Source: Hydrolagus colliei (lineage: Eukaryota). From it: a stretch of DNA of 64,000 nucleotides. Location of the stretch: the NCBI GenBank assembly GCA_035084275.1, contig CM068746.1, forward strand, positions 34,038,001 through 34,102,000, given 5' to 3'. The notes beneath the pieces are model-generated. The model was not told the origin of the DNA and did not search any database. It saw only the letters and a list, made by a program, of their open reading frames with translations. Positions 30,241 to 42,935 of the stretch are shown piece after piece. The position numbers and the translations under genes are program-made. How positions within the stretch are numbered: position 1 is the stretch's first letter; every line of letters begins with the position of its first letter.

Positions 30241-32374
30241 TATTTCCTAGTTGAAGTAGAGGAATCCCCACCTTCCTCTTGCTCAAGTTCAATCAGCAAT
30301 AAACAGAGGAACAGGGAAGGAGAACTATCATTGGGTGCTTGTGGGGCTGGACGCAACGAGGCATCGGAGACCACAATTACTAAATGATTATCATCACAAA
30401 CAGATACATTCGGGCATTGATGAACCAGTACAGGTAGAGTTTTACTTCAGTTCGGGTCATTTATTCATTGGGCCTTGAGTCCATCTCCTCCTCCGAAAAT
30501 AACATGGAATGCTCAGAGTACAGAAAGGGTTAAATGCACTATGAGGCAAGGGAAGAGTTGAACTTTGCTGGGAGGGCAGCACATGTTCACTTTGAGAGAA
30601 AACTAATTAAGATAAATGGGACCTGTGATGCCCGATAGTGTGTGGAAAGCAATTAAATAGACTGTTTGGTGGCAGCCCAGCCCGTCAAGGTTGACTGTTA
30701 TTCGGTGCAGCAAATTAGACAGGTCTGTTCATTTTTCTAGGTGTGAGGGGAGAGAGAGAGAGACGGAGTGAGGAATGGCTAATAATAATTATTACTTTTG
30801 ATAAAACCCCTTTTATATCAATCACAAACCATCTCACAGAATATTTTGTAGGCTACAGTTACTTCACAACCAAAGTACAGTACATCAATAAAATGCCCGC
30901 CTCAGTCAATAACATTCTCCCTTCTGTGTCCGAAAGCTGTGGGCTCAACCCCCAGGTCTGGGTCTCTGAGCTCACAGTCCAGGCAGACACTTCAGGGCAG
31001 TGCTGGGAGGAGCGCTACATTGTCAAAAGCACTGTCCTTCAGATGAGATGTTAAACTGAGGTCCTCACTGTGCCTTTTCAGGCGGACGTTAAAGATTCTG
31101 CCATACCGCTAAAGAAGAGAGTTGCTCTCTTCCGCTGACCTGACCAAAAATCCCTCAAATAAAAAATAGTCATTCACTTCATGACACTATTTGAGGGACA
31201 TTGCTGTGTGCAAATTGGCTGTTGTGTTCACGTTGAAAAATACACTTTGCACTAGATTCTGTGAAGCGCTTTGAAACATTTTGAGGGCATTATTGGGCAC
31301 TATGGACTATGTCACTCTCTTCCTTAACATTCAAGGTCCATCTCAAAACCTGCCACAGTGACCATGCTTTTAATCACCTCTCCTCACCACCCACCACTTG
31401 AGTGACACAGTCCATTGTGAAGAGCTTGGAGACATTCTCTTGACATAGGATATAGTGTAAAGTGGATTGACTGGGTATTTTATGAGCAAAACACAAAAAA
31501 ATACAGTTAAACATAAAGAAAAAAATATAGTGCAATCACAACACCAACAGGCCACTGCCAGTGTTCGCTCCTGACTCTTGCCTGCACCCCTTTCCCACCC
31601 AGTTTGCTTTGCTCAGTGATGTTGAGTATTATTTGATCATTTCAGTAACAGTGAGGCTGATTTACAACTGGTATTTGGAACGCAAATCTATCATTTCACT
31701 CTGGTTCTCAATTTCCCAAGTTGAACGTTCAACAAAACAAATCACTTGTCTCAGAAATCTGTTTCTCTACACATGGTCAGGAGGGTGTTGTGAAGGGATG
31801 AGATTGCATGGGCTGAAAGGGCTTCCTCATCCAAGCCAATCTTGTGAGTCAACAATTCTCGCACTATCTGGGTCCTGATGATGTGAGTGGAACTCAGTGC
31901 GGTCATCAGAGTCACAGAGAGAACAGCTTTGATGCCAAAAAAACTCTGAGGTGTTTTTGGTTGACGGTGGTCGCTAAACTCTGGTGGAGAGTTTAAAAGC
32001 AACAAAGCGGAAGCTCTTTGAATAAGAAACCTTTTGCAGTGATATCGATTGACAGTGCAGTGAAAGATTATTTTCGTATATCTCGTTCATTTGTTCAGTG
32101 TTGCTTGATTGACATCCAAGGCGATTGGTTTCGAGCAACGAGCGGTCTTGGACACGATACAATACATCTTACATTTACGCAGCTTCTTTCACATCGAGAC
32201 GACGTCCCAAAGCCAATTTGCGGTTCTTAATAGGCACCAAAGCACTTAGAGGTAATTGCAGAGCAACAGCCTCATTCACAACTGTCTATTTTTATGATAA
32301 CTCATAATAACATTTTAAGAATGCTTTTTTGTATTGTTTCATAATAAATGTTTATTCCACATTAAATAATTTTT

Positions 32375-33510
32375 TATAATAATAATAATCCTTGTATTTG
32401 ATACAGAGACTTTTTATATTGCTAGAACATCTCAAAATACTTAGCAGGATTTCAGTAAAGTACAGTGACTGTGTATTTTATAAGTGAACGTGGCAGTCAA
32501 TTTGCGCAGAGTAATGTGCCACAAACAGCCATGAAGTCAGTGACCAAAGTTAGTTGGGAGTTGTTGGCTAGGAAACCAGGAGAGATAAACTCCCTCTCTT
32601 TTCCAATATTGACAGGATCTTTAGGTTCACCTGGACAGGCACAGACTATCCACCTTGTTTAAAATTTCATCTGAAAGATGGCATCTCTGACAATGCAGCA
32701 CTGCTCCAGCCTGGCACTGGAGCATCAGCCTAGACAATGCGAGTTGCGGGATTTGAACCTGCAGAGATTCAGGCGGGAAAGCCTGAGGCTGACACATTGC
32801 ACTTGCCGAAACAGGAAATGTCAAGTCAATTGGCATTCAAATCGAACAGCTGAGGAAATGTTTTTTTATATATGAAGAAAAGATCACTGGTGATGTGAAG
32901 CAATGGCAATTGCATAATGAATGCTGCTCACTGCAGCATTTTTGTCAGCTTTGACTCAGCACTTAGTTGAGAGTCTGCATCTCCCTGGAGTGGATCGGTG
33001 AAGAAAGCGAGAGAGAAACTCGGAATCGAGCTAAGCTGCCCTCTACAACGGGCTGTTAGTGTGCAAAAAGCTCGCTGAGTTGAATACAACAATAACAACA
33101 CAATTACATTTGAAATAATAATAATAATCCTTGCATTTAATATGGTGCCTTGTTATGTCATCAAAACGTCTCAAGTGACTTCACAGGATATACTGTAAAG
33201 TGGTTTGATTGAATATTTTGTGGATGAAACTTGGCTGTCAGTTTGCACACAGCAATGTCCCACAAACAGCCACGGAGTGAGTGATCAATATTATCTGGGG
33301 GATTGTTGGTCAGGAGAGTAGGGGAAATTGCCTTCTCTTTTCATGAAATCTTTATCCACCACCTGAACAGGCAAATGGGACCTCAGTTTAACATCTCATT
33401 CAAGGGACGACACCTCCAACAATGCAACACCCCACCCTGCCCCCAGCACTGCATTAGAGTGTCAGCTTAGACTATGTGATTCCATGTCCTGATGTGTGGC
33501 TTGGAACATG
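32375..33510 (-). mobile_element. Two family A SINEs (32375-32800, 33115-33510)
   Basis: (aat)n-ccttg(t/c)attt tails and tttaacatctcattcaaggga-type cores on the reverse strand. Confidence 0.75.
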
Positions 33511-35628
33511 GTCTCTCTCCTTCCTCACAAATACAGTTGTAGTTGGTTAAACACAACACACACAATTTGGTGTCCCCAGCATTGGCTCTTGCCAACCTTA
33601 ATTGAAATACTTTGCATAATTAGACACAGGTTGGTGAGCAATAGAGTCCAACCAGCAAAGAAACACATTGTTTACGATTAAGAGCTCTGTGTGACAAGCT
33701 TTCCTGCTGCGTATCCTGTTTGGGCTGTGGTTTGTTGGGTTATCAGGACCTGAGTGGGAACAATCCCTACCCTGCAGTGTGTGCTCTGTCTGCAAGCCAG
33801 GCTGGTTGGTCTGTCATCAATAGAGCGCTGGAGTACTGGTTAACAAGCAGCAACCTCCTGGTCATTCTTAAATGGAATCATTTTGTTTTAATGGTCCACA
33901 CAGAGGATACTTAATTCACTGTAAATTGTCTCTCATTAACACCTTTATAAATGATAATACTAACTGGGTCAGTTCATCATCCTATTAGTTATTGGCTATC
34001 AAGAATGTCCCTGTGGAACTATCATCCTGTACATTGTCCTCAGAACCTGCTATTTACTGTCCCCGGTGTCGTCTCTCATCGGAAAACATTCTGCTCTGTC
34101 ACACATACTCACTCATGGTGAATTCTCCATCTCTCAGGCCCATGTGGGAAAGAGGGACTCTCTCTGTGATAATCGTTGTATTTCAGATTGAGATGCCGCA
34201 TTAGCCAGGTGGACTTTAAGCTTTTGATTCACTCACAGCTTTTGATTTGGTAAAGCCAGGTGACTGATGCGTGTAAAAACCCACTACAGGCCTTAGAGAC
34301 TCCAAACCAGGCTGTGAGTTCCATTGCATTAAAGCTAAACGTGGAAATCTCCTTGTGTCAGGAGTGGAATACAGGCTCTTCCTCCTTAGAGGGTTGACCC
34401 CTGCTTACCTGGAAGACATCTGGAAGATATTAGGCACAGGTTGGCAAATGCCATGGCTTGGAGACTCCAAAGTGTACTTCAACAGCAAAGCAGGTGATGA
34501 CGGTGTCCTGTTAGATTTACATGTGTCCATTATCAAGCCTATAAATATCTGTCTGAAACCAAAGTGCTCATGAACCCATTCCAAGAGTGAGCATTAAACA
34601 TGACTCTTTGCGATGCTCTTCTTTGTAAGCATTGATTTATAGGCCAGCATTCACTTTAAACTCTCTTACATTCAGGGGCAGGAAGGAGATCAAGATTTAG
34701 AATACAGTTTAAACATTTCACAGAGAGTAGAGTCCGGACTCTGTCAACAGACTGGAAGCATGTTGATGGATAATAATAATAAAATAATAGCATTTTGCTA
34801 CCTTGCCTTTCACTTCAGGAGGATGTCTCAAAACCCTTCAAGGGATTCACTGTTAATTGTCGTGTTTGTGTATATTGTGCAGCCAATTTGTGCACCACAA
34901 TGTCCAACAAACAGCTATGATGAGAATGGATTAAATTTGAATTCAGAGGATTTAAATTGAAAATCTACAAACCTGTTGGTGCCCTGTCCACTCCCTCCCT
35001 CTCCGACCTACTTACTCCCCACTCTACCACCGATTACCTCTACTCGGTTGGCTCCTGCTTGTCCCTTATCCCCTCCGCTCCAGCATCAATGGCTGTGCTT
35101 TCAGCCACTATGCCCCCAACCTTTGTAATTCCCTGCCATAAACTCTCGGCTTTGCCTCCTCCTTTCCCTTTTTCAGATCATGCCTGAAGATCTTCCTCTT
35201 CAACTGGGCTTGCTAAGGTCACCTCCCTCCTCTCCAGTTAAGCATGACAGACTCTGTCACTGCATAAAGTATTCTGGGACACAACCAAGGCTGCGATATA
35301 AATATGTTGTTTATATGTTGGCCAGTATACCGGAAGAAACTCTCTTTTCCAATAGTCTAATATGTCAGCCTGGAAGCTACAATCGACTAACTTGAGGAAA
35401 AAGGCAATTGATAGCGCTCTCCCGTCTGCCAAGAAAATATCAGATTCAAGCCCCCACATTAGGACTTGTAATTTATATTGTCTAAGTTGACTCCGGTGCC
35501 TGCGGTTTGCTGCACTGTTGGAAGTGCCATCCTTCAGATGAGACATTAAAACCAAGTCTGCCATTACAGATTAATAAACATTACATGAAAAGACAATGGA
35601 GTTTCTCTCTCCCGGTCTCCAAGCCAAC

Positions 35629-35872
35629 AATCCACAAATTAAAACAGAAGTTGCTGGGAAAACTCAGCAGGTCAGGCAGCATCCGTGGAGAAAAGAAAGT
35701 GAGTCAACGTTTCGGGTCCACGAACCTTCATCAGAACTGTTCTGAAACGTTGACTCACTTTCCTTTCTCCATGGATGCTGCCTGACCTGCTGAGTTTTCC
35801 CAGCAACTTCAATTTTTGTTTCAGATTTCCAGTATCTGCAGTATTTTGTGTTTCATTTAATCCACAAATTAA
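35629..35872 (+). mobile_element. Penelope-like element remnant: inverted pseudo-LTR pair with 14-bp TSD, inserted into a SINE
   Basis: TSD aatccacaaattaa at 35629-35642 and 35859-35872; arms 35647-35713 and 35744-35810 are reverse complements with 2 differences. Confidence 0.75.
35705..35739 (-). ncRNA. Minimal type I hammerhead ribozyme motif
   Basis: Minus strand AGUU-CUGAUGA-A-GGUUC GUG GACCC-GAAAC-GUU^GACU: conserved core, stem I AGUU/GACU, stem II with one mismatch, palindromic ACGU stem III. Confidence 0.62.
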
Positions 35873-36799
35873 GATTGGTCAATCACTTCATGGCTGTTAG
35901 TGGAACATTGCTTTGCATGAATTGGCTGCATGTTCACCCACAAAAAACACAGTCACCACATTTTACTGTAAATCTGCCGAAGTGCTTTGAGTCATCCATC
36001 TGACATTAAAGGTGTTGCACTCAAATACAACGATGAACATATTCACATGAGATGTTAAACCGAGATCTGTGCTGTCTACCAGTACAGGCACAGATCTCGG
36101 TTTAGCTTCTCATGCGAAAGACAGCACCTCTGCTTCCCCACCACTGCCCTGGAGTATCAAGTTGGACCATGAGCTCAAGGTGAACCCATAACCTCTGACA
36201 CAGAAGCAAGTGTATTATCGACTGAGCCAGGCTGAATCCATTGTACAAAGAGAATAGTTTGTTGGTGTAAAGTGGCAATTGAGCACACAATTCACTGTAG
36301 AGAGACGTGTGTGTTTGTCAGATTAAAATTGCTTTCTGCTAATTGAATGCTTGGGGCCAACTGTTGTAGAGTGAAAGTTTCCAAGTCTAACAAGATCAGT
36401 TTGAAAGATGCTGGAGGTGAAGGAAGTGAATTGACAGTGGATTTGTTCGTGCGTTAACATTATTCAAGTGAAGGGAGTAGAATTGTTCCTTCATCCGCAA
36501 TGAAGGAAGGGCTCTGTGCATGGATTGTCAGTTAGAGTGTTAACCATGTTAAGGAGCCCAAAGTCCATCAATAATGCTGGACTGGAATTTGTCACTGGCC
36601 TGGCCAGGGTTTATATAAATACTATGTGTTGGTCACTATTTGACTGCCATGTTTGCCTCCCAAAATACACTGTTAATTCTCTTTGCAATATATTCGGTGA
36701 AGCGTTTTCAGATGTCTCAACAATGTGATAAGCGAAAGATAAGGTGCAATATCAATTGCAAGGATTATTATTAGTAGTAGTACAGTATTCTGTTAAAAT

Positions 36800-37240
36800 G
36801 TCAGCTTGGTTCAGCCAGTCGCTCTCACCTCTGAGTCAGAAGGTTGTGTGGGCTCAACCCACACATTGAGGACTTAAGCTCAAAGTCGAAGCTGATGCTC
36901 AAGTGCAGTCCTGGGGATATTGCTGTTTTGTCTGAGGTACTGAGGAGATGTTACACTGAGATCCCGCCTGTGCCACTGAAGATCCCGTGGCACGATTGGA
37001 AAAAAGAAGTGAGTTTCTCCTTGTATGCTGTGCAACAATCATCCAAATAAAATTGATCATCCACTTCATGGCTGTTTGTGGGACATTGCTATGCACAAAT
37101 TGGCTGTCATGTTCACCCACAAGTTTTGCAAAAAATAAAGTCACTACAACTTAACTTTATAATGAATCCTGTGAATCACTTTGTGGCATCCTCCTGATGG
37201 GGAAAGGCACTGTGTCAAATGCACGGCTTACTGTTATCAT
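36800..37240 (+). mobile_element. Family A SINE, near full length
   Basis: gtcagcttggttcagccagtcgctctcacctctgagtcagaaggttgtg head; tail gaaaggcactgtgtcaaatgca. Confidence 0.8.
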
Positions 37241-39129
37241 TTTACCAACTCCTGCTGGGATAGCTTTCAAAAGACATCAATTTTGCTCTGTTATTCATCT
37301 ATCAATGTGTGCTGTCAACTTCCTCAGTTATTCCCTCTGTTTCAACACCCTTCAGGGCTTTAAATCTATCAACCACTTCCACTCCTTTAAACCACACTCA
37401 GTTTTCACTGGAGGGCCTTCAGGTGATACTTAGTAGGCTTCCTGGAGGAATTATCATACAGATCTTCCTTCATTTTGCCCTGTCTGACTCATGCCCCTTA
37501 TGAGGCATATTTTTGCCCTGAAGCTAAAGCATGAAGCCTTCTTCACCCCCAATCAGACTTTTCAGCAGTTTCTCAGATCGATTAACAGTGGTGGAGACTG
37601 ACACTTTGATCAGACGTGTGCCTGACGCAACCCATCACCGTGCTTAAGAGTATCCAAACCCAAACTAACAATTCCATGTATCCCACCTACACATGGAAAC
37701 AGATTGTTGGAATGGAATTTGAACATTGAGGGATACATCTTGCTCACCTAATTCCTGATTCCTGCAACTGCAGTTGCCATGCAAGCGAGAGGCCTGGGTT
37801 TGATTCCTGACAGGGTGGAATATTGCTCAAGTTTCCTTACTCCAAACGCCTCTATTTACCTAACAGTAAGTCGGAACCCAGTAGTTAATTGATTGGCTGT
37901 TTCCTTTCTCGGCTGAGATTGGCTGCTGCGTTTCACCCACAAAATATATATATTCAATTTACTTTACAGTATATTCTGTGAAGAACTTTGAGATATCTCA
38001 AAGTCATGATAAGACAGCTATATCAAATGCAAGGATTATTATTAGTAGTAGTATTAGGCACTTGTTGCCTTGAGCCAAGGTTTGGGAACCCAGAGTGCGT
38101 GTTGGTGTCTAACCAGCTAAAACCGCATCGCTTGCCATTGATATCACTGTCTGGCAAGTGTATCAAAAAGTATTAAATCAGAGATTTACCACAGAAGAGG
38201 TGGGAGCAGCAATGCCGACTTAAATAGAAATCTGACAGGATAGGCACGGAGGAATCGCGAAACGAGAAAATTGATAGACTGTACATGACGATTTGACAGC
38301 CTTTCGAAACGTTTTTGATTCTTAAAAATAAGTCATTTGTCTGGACTCCAATGCGCCAGGACATAGTGTATTAAAAGGGAGAACAGTTCAGAACCAGGTG
38401 AATGCTTTTCTTCACAACCCGTCAGACTGAGAATGACTCAGAGCGTGGGGTGTCAGATCAGATGATAATGCTTAAATTTGAATCAGAAAAGCATTCACTT
38501 TAGGAGAACATCTCAAAGTGCTTCACAGGAGAAAAAGAAAAGAAGGGATTTCTCCTGGTGTACTGGAGACCGGAAGTTTAGTGATTACAGGATTTGCCCC
38601 ACAAGCGAGAGAGCCTGGGTTCAATTCCCAGGCAGAACAAAATGTTGGGCAAGTTTCCTTTTTCACATGCCTCTGTTTACCGCAGTAAGTAGGAGTCCAG
38701 TGGTTACTCAGTTGGCAGAACACTTTTCTGGGAATACTAATTGCTTACAAAAAATTGTTACTCAATACACCACTGCTTGTTGGATACTTCTTGATGCAAT
38801 TGGCTACAACATTTCACCCAGATAATCTAGTCAATTCATTTTACAGTATATTCTATAGGGACATCAGTTTAATATCCCATTTGAAGGATGGCACGTATAA
38901 CAATACCAACCCCCCACCCCACCACAGCACTGCATTGGAGTGTCACCTTATACAACGTGCTGCCAAGCCCCAGCATGGGGCTTTAACCCACATCCTTCTG
39001 ACTCAGAGGATTGTGCTATCATTGCGCCGGGCTTTCTGCCTTGTCAGTAAGTCTGTCAGCCTTCAATTGTACAGTATGTGATTCTGATGAATCTCTTGCT
39101 CATGAGCTTTAATGTCCTTGTTTCAAGAC

Positions 39130-39720
39130 TCATAGAATCATAGAAATTACAGTGCTGAGGAGGCTATTCAGCCAGACAGATCTTCCCTGGCTCTCAAAGC
39201 AAGCTGTTTATTCAATCCCGATGCTCTGCCCTTCAAGCCTCTGTCCTTCATATACCTGCCTGCTTTCCTTCCTTACACCCACAATGAACTTCAGCCTCCA
39301 CTAACTTACTTGGCAAGATGTTTCACATCCCAACAACCCTGAAAACCTTTTTTTTTAACTGAAGCTCTCCTTTTCCTCTATCTTGTGACTATCATATAGC
39401 GCTCTGAGATGCCGTCCGGCGTGGAGGGCGCTATATAAATCAAAGTTGTTGTTATATAACAATGGCCAATTGTCATTGACTCAGTGGAAACAGCTTCTCT
39501 TTCAGATCTCCTCTCAACCTTCTCTGCTCCAATGGAAAATGATCTAATTCCTTCAATCTTTCCTCATGACCAAAGCCCCTCATCCCCGCTATCCTTCTCG
39601 TAAACCTCCTCTCCCCAAGCCTTAACATTCTTCCTGAAGTGAGGTGCCAACAAGTGAATGCAATCTTCCAGCCACAGACTAGCCAGTGTTTTGTGCTCTT
39701 CTGGTCCTTTTATGCTGATC
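39130..39720 (-). mobile_element. CR1 fragment with a nested L2 tail (39392-39453, +)
   Basis: catagaatcatagaa tail; ccaagccttaacattcttcctgaagtgaggtgccaa = LEDCIHLLAPHFRKNVKA on minus. Confidence 0.75.
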
Positions 39721-39899
39721 AAAAGCCAGACCCCAGCAGGGCATCCGGTCACCCTCCCTATTGTCAGCGAGTGGTGGTTTGTTCCACTTTTTCCCAATAT
39801 CATTTGCAGACACAAACACAGCCAGTCACCGAAGTCAAGTGACGACTCCCCACAATAGGGTTGTGATGTTGTTGATGCCACAACAAAATGTGAAGATTT

Positions 39900-40335
39900 T
39901 GCCTGTCTCAATCATGAGCACACTCATCTCTGAGTCAGAAGGATCGTGGATCAAGCCTCACATCGGACACTCTTTAGTGTAAGGTTCAGGGAGCGTTGCA
40001 GGGTCGTAGTCACAGTTCTTCAGATAAGAACGTCGCCTCTTACGTTGGAGTACTTTTTAAACTGAGCCTCCATCGTTGCCTGCTCAGGTGGTCATTAAAG
40101 ATCCTGTGGCATTTTTTCAAAAAGAGAAGAGAGTTTCTCTCTCTTGGTGTCTTGATCGACAATCCCCCAGATAAAGTTGCTCCTTCACTTAATGACCGTT
40201 TGTAGAACGTTGCTGTATGCAAATTGATTGCTGCATTTGCCCACACTACAGTCACGACAATTCACAGTTAAAAAGAACCTTGAGAAGTCTTAATGATGTG
40301 TAAAGGCACAGCGTCAAATGGGAAGATTGTTATTG
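39900..40335 (+). mobile_element. Family A SINE
   Basis: tctgagtcagaaggatcgtggatcaagcc; ttaaagatcctgtggca; gagtttctctctcttggtgtc. Confidence 0.75.
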
Positions 40336-40949
40336 TAGCAATGAGTGTTTATGAAGTGCCATTTTCTTGAGGTGGTATCTCAGAGTGTTTAAATTATCAT
40401 AATACTATATATCGTCCCTCACCTCGTTCAAGTTCCATCTTGTGATCTAACTCTGTGACTGCACTTTGGATCACCTATCCTATCTCTCCCTGTTCCCCCT
40501 CCCGTCCCCAGTTCAGGTGCCCAGCCAGAATTTTTAAGTGCCTTTACCAAGGGATTATTACCATGGGAAAGCCATCCGCCAATCGACTAACAACTGGATT
40601 CCTGCTTACTTCTAGGTAAACAGAGGCATGTGGAGTAAGGAAACTTTCCTAACAGTTTGCCCTGCCCGGGTCTTGTCAATTGCGAAGCGAGCTCGCTAAC
40701 CACAACGCAATGGGATTCTGAGAAACAAATGTCCAGGTTGTGGCAGATGGACAGCCATGGGTTGTGTGTTGTTGGCTCCGAGTACGGTGTCATATTCCGC
40801 TCAGACACCAGCAGTGCCAGTTAGTGTTATTAACTCCACGGTGCTCTTCAACCTGTGTTTTGTGATATTGGTTATCTATACCTGCAACTCACAATTGTAA
40901 TAATAATAATCCTTGCGTTTCATGTGTCACCTCCGCTCACCTCACCTTC

Positions 40950-41375
40950 AGTTCGTCCTCTCTCCCTTCTGCTCTTCCCTCTCCTATCTCCTTTCCCCTA
41001 CTCTTACTCTCTCAGCCTCCCATTTTCTCTTTCTCTTCATTTCTCCACTCTCTCACCCTCTGCTTTCTACCTTGCCCCTCTCTCCACTCCTCTCTCCATT
41101 CCTTCTCTATCTCATCTCTGTCTTTCACCTCCCTCCATCTCTCCTTTTTTCTCACCCACTGCGCTCTCTCTCCTCTGTTTCCACCTCTTCACTCACCTCT
41201 TCTCTCACCTTTCTTTCCACCTCCTCTCCCCTCTCTCTCTGGCTCCTCTCTTTTCCATTCCACTCTCCTCGTCCGCCTCTCTCCCTCCTCTCTCGTTTCC
41301 ACCTTTCCTCTCCACCTCTCTCTCTTCTCTCTTTCCTCTCTCCTCTCTCCCCTCCACTCATGACCTCCCATTCCT
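40950..41375. repeat. Long degenerate CT-rich (polypyrimidine) low-complexity tract
   Basis: Almost entirely C/T on the + strand; gives spurious L/S/P-rich ORFs. Confidence 0.9.
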
Positions 41376-42754
41376 CTGCCCATACAGTTCTGCCATTGTC
41401 GACTCTGTCCCTCTTTCTACTTGGCGCTGCAGCTCCTCTATCTGACAACAGAAGCTGGGCAGAATTGCCATGTAATTAATGTACTGAGACAGTCGTCGTT
41501 CCGAGTCCACCTTTGATCATTTTATAACAATCACAGAGGGTGGTGAGCACTGCTGTTCACATGCGTTTTCAAGAGAAAAAAAAATTGTTGGTTATTACTT
41601 TGACTAATGGGCGACCTTTAAATCCATCCCAATGGCTTTTATGTTTTACTAAAAAGACCCTTCAGAACCACAAATCAAGTTGATGTCGATGCAATGAAGG
41701 GGAGACTGAGTGCCAGCGCTGCATGAAAATTAAGAAGTCATTATGTTCCAAAAAGAAACCATAAGAGCAAGCAACAGCTGCCGTCATTCATTGCTTAGAC
41801 ACAAGCAGGAGCTGCTTCACATGAAAATCCGTCCGTGACAATGGAGGTGGAGGGGTGGGGGTGGTGGGAGCTAATCAGCCACAGACACAATGAATGGTGT
41901 TCATCTGAAGTGCACACAACAGACTCCAAATAACAAGAATGATCCCTGCATTTGATACGGTGACTCAGCACGTCTTGAAGGCATCTTAAAGAGCTTTGCA
42001 GGATATATTGTAAAGCACAGGGATGTTGTTGCTGTGTGCAAATTGGCTGCTGCGTTTGCCTACAAAATACAGTCACGACATTTCTCTTTACAGTGATATC
42101 CTACGAAGCACTTTGAGATGTTTCACCAATTTGAGAGGCGCTGTATCAAATAGGATTCTTATTATTCCTTATTAGTAACTAATAAGGTATTTGGTCGATG
42201 GAGGACCAAAAAATAATAATAAATCATAATCTTTGCATTTGATATATTGCCTTATCACGTCATTGAGACATCTCAAAGCACCTCAAGGAATATATTGTAT
42301 CATGGAGTGAGTGTATATTTGTATGTCTGTCGGTTTCTCTCTCTCTCTCTCCCACTCTCTCTCACATCATGTTTTCCTCAGTGGAAGTTCCTGTTTGCCT
42401 CCTTGTTCCGTGGAGTGGGTATGGCAGATTGTGTTGGAAACATGGCGGAGTGCTTTTTGAGTATCTTTTTGGTTCTTGTCTTATAGTTGATGATGATTTA
42501 GCTGCAGTCAGATGTCAGGTTCTCTGGCTGGATCCAAAAGAGGTGGTGTGTGGTGAGGTGTTTGCACTCTGAAATGCCAACCACATTAATTACTTACACA
42601 GTGACATGTGTTATTGTAGTAATGAAGTTGGACACAATGCGGTTCAATTGCCTTTGAATGAAAGGTTCAGTAGTTCATTCTTTAATTGGTGTTTGAGTTT
42701 GTCAGAGCTGTGTTACATTGTGAACAACACTGAATCCACCAAGTAGAACCATGG

Positions 42755-42935
42755 AGAAGAAAGAGGTAGAGAGTGAGACAGAGAGAGAGAGATCACACGA
42801 GAGAGACATGGTCAGGGAGAGAGAACAAGACGGAGAGTGTGAAAAAGAGGCAGTAAGAGAAGGACAGTGACAGAGAGAGAGAGAGAAAGAAAATGAGAAT
42901 GAGAGAGCAAGAGAGAGAGACAACAACAACAACAA
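42755..42935. repeat. Degenerate (GA)n tract ending in a (CAA)n L2 tail
   Basis: gagagagaga blocks, then caacaacaacaacaaaattacatttg. Confidence 0.85.

Larger units (their letters stand above)
35410..36030 (+). mobile_element. Family A SINE interrupted by the Penelope-like hairpin
   Basis: SINE body runs to gccaacaatcc(35632) and resumes at gattggtcaatcacttcatggctg(35873). Confidence 0.75.

Noticed and set aside
30248-30433. Possible coding exons in the downstream region (also 42380-42570 -, 46920-46990 -, 47790-47820 -, 54240-54370)
   Set aside because: Short frames closed by stops, no recognisable homology (including to the CADPS2 N-terminus), and no consistent exon chain
40855-41479. Long ORFs of 196 and 188 aa (and R/E/G-rich antisense ORFs)
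   Set aside because: They arise from a CT-rich low-complexity tract that lacks stop codons; no domain or splice evidence
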